Source: Guillardia theta CCMP2712 (taxonomy: Eukaryota; Protista; Cryptophyta). Taken from it: a stretch of DNA of 64,000 nucleotides. A program made the translations under genes and the position numbers. This document shows, in pieces, positions 62,388 to 64,000 of the stretch. Below the pieces are notes generated by a model, which was not told the origin of the DNA, did no database searches, and saw only the letters and a list, made by a program, of their open reading frames with translations. Within the stretch, counting starts at the first letter, position 1. Each line of letters begins with the position of its first letter. The stretch covers positions 310,001 to 374,000 of the forward strand of contig NW_005434635.1 in assembly GCF_000315625.1 (NCBI RefSeq). The letters run 5' to 3'.

Positions 62388-62449
62388 CTCATCGAGGAGA
62401 GGAGGGGAATGCAGCATCATAGTAAATACAAGTAACTCCCAGACCTTGC

Positions 62450-62840
62450 CCAAGGTCCACCGGCGGCCATCCGGGCCCACACGGTGCCGGTGGGCCCGGG
62501 GGGGATGTTCGGTGGCACTCAGAGCTGTGGCTCCCGGCCCGGCCGGGTCCGTTACTCACTGGCACCTTTGAGTAAAGAGGCACCGGAGGGCCCGGCTCAG
62601 CTGTGACGGTGACGGTTACAGTATGATTGATTAGATGTAACGTTTTCAACGTCCGTCCAGGCAGTTGGTTGAGTGAACTTTCAGGATTGCAAATCGGGGG
62701 GGTTGTGAATGAGAATTGGGGGGTAGGGGTAGTTCTTGTACCGTACTCTGAAACTGAGAAACAATGGGTGATTGTTAATTTTCAATGAGGTCCTGTCTCT
62801 GTAAATGGGGTAGGGTACCCAATGGGGGGTGGGGTAGGTT
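62450..62840 (+). repeat. GC island followed by GGGTA block
   Basis: ccgggccc, ccggcccggccggg and gtgacggtgacgg, then ggggtaggggtag and ggggtagggtaccc. Confidence 0.6.
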
Positions 62841-63783
62841 ATGTTCCCCGACGGACAAATCAGGGCTCTTGCCAGCTTTCCCTCTCCTTCCCCTCCTCCC
62901 TTCCTACCCAAACACACAGTAACATACCCTCCTCCCTTGTCCTCCTCCTCCTCCCCCTCCCCGCTTCCTCTCCTCTCTCATCCTTCTCCTTCCTTCTCCT
63001 CCTTCCCCTCCTCCCTTATCCTCCTCCTTCAATTTCTTTTCCGTCTCCTCAAACATTTCAACTCCACCAGACTCATATCTGGACGCCAAGTACTCTCCCT
63101 TATTCTCTCCTAAACTCTCCTCTCTCCTGTCTTCTCTGTTCACTGTCTTGTCTCCCAACCATCTACCTGTCAAGATCTTAGCCTAGCTCACGGAGAAATG
63201 TCCATTCGAATGCGGCGGCAGAGCCCTCGGAAGGAGCTTCACGCTGTTGATTCCAGCTCACCTGGTCCTGGCATGTACAACGTCGGCACTGACCGCGATA
63301 TTGGGAGGACCAAGAGCAGAATGCAGGAGTGGAAGTCGCCGATGCGAAAGGTGGAGTGGTGAGCGAGAGGAGGGGAGCGGGATGGTAGGAGGTTGACCGG
63401 CTCCCCTTGACCTTCAGGTTTCTGAGGAAGACAGAATCTGCAGATGTATCGTTCCCGCAGATGATGGACCACAACGGGATCGCGAGGTTGTCAGCAGATG
63501 ATCTTATCGTTTGTGTGTGTTGAGCGTGAAGGCTGTGATCCACGTGCTCTTTGTACGGTAGTTGTATGTGTCGTTGACAACATCAACGTTTGTGTGATTG
63601 TGTGCGAGTCAAGAATCAGTATGAATATTGTCAGTTTGATGGATTGCAATGGTGCAGTTGATCACAGTTGTTGTCAGAGAATGAGAATCACTGTAATGAT
63701 CATCCATCTACCAATCTCGCGTGCTGCGCTGATCTGGACGGGGCAGGACGATCATCAGGTCGGAGCAACGGCTCAAAACGACG

Positions 63784-64000
63784 ATGGGGACGAGGAGCAG
63801 TCGCTCACCCCCGACGTGCTGGGACGGCAGGAGGCCGTCGGAGAAAATCAACTATCAGGTTGCTGGACTGTGCTGGGGGAGAGCAGGGAGTTTCAGTCTT
63901 TCTCACTTGTCTGCTTCTGCCGTCAGATCTTCCAAGTGATCCCTCCCTACTTCGCCAGCTACAACCTCGGCCCGGGGTCCTACGTGGTCCAAGACGACAG
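63784..64000 (+). CDS. 5' end of a protein with a GPGSY (SHIPPO/STPG-like) motif, truncated by window
   Basis: MGTRSSRSPPTCWDGRRPSEKINYQ, GT-AG intron, then IFQVIPPYFASYNLGPGSYVVQDD. Confidence 0.45.

Noticed and set aside
63178-63543. Minus-strand gene with PGPG motif
   Set aside because: There are two competing frames, no Tyr after PGPG and no clear start, which is too weak to call.

Overview
Eukaryotic nuclear DNA from a draft assembly with four N gaps. It is most likely a cryptophyte alga (Guillardia/Hanusia-like; inferred from RedCAP with an A-F-A-P bipartite presequence, and from short GT-AG introns with CTGAC branch points and GGA/CCT microsatellites). Recognisable genes: tRNA dimethylallyltransferase (partial), a MORN-repeat protein, RedCAP, histone H4, MRD1/RBM19, two PDZ proteins, WRNIP1/Mgs1, a TKL kinase, AHA1 and PEX6. 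There are also several hypothetical genes and a dead LINE endonuclease fragment. Most noteworthy: (i) recurring intergenic islands built from shuffled short palindromic words, usually followed by a GGGTA-rich block pointing at the next gene start; (ii) two proteins with a signal peptide followed by a ubiquitin-tail-like LRGG, one being a Nup50-like/NPF/cold-shock/RanBP2-zinc-finger mosaic that could be periplastid- or nucleomorph-targeted; (iii) a histone-type 3' stem-loop after H4; (iv) a tandem pair of unknown ORFs sharing an ARRAxWxSLPEKExWY motif; (v) several fold-back and tandem duplications. Gene models were assembled by eye, so exon boundaries are approximate.
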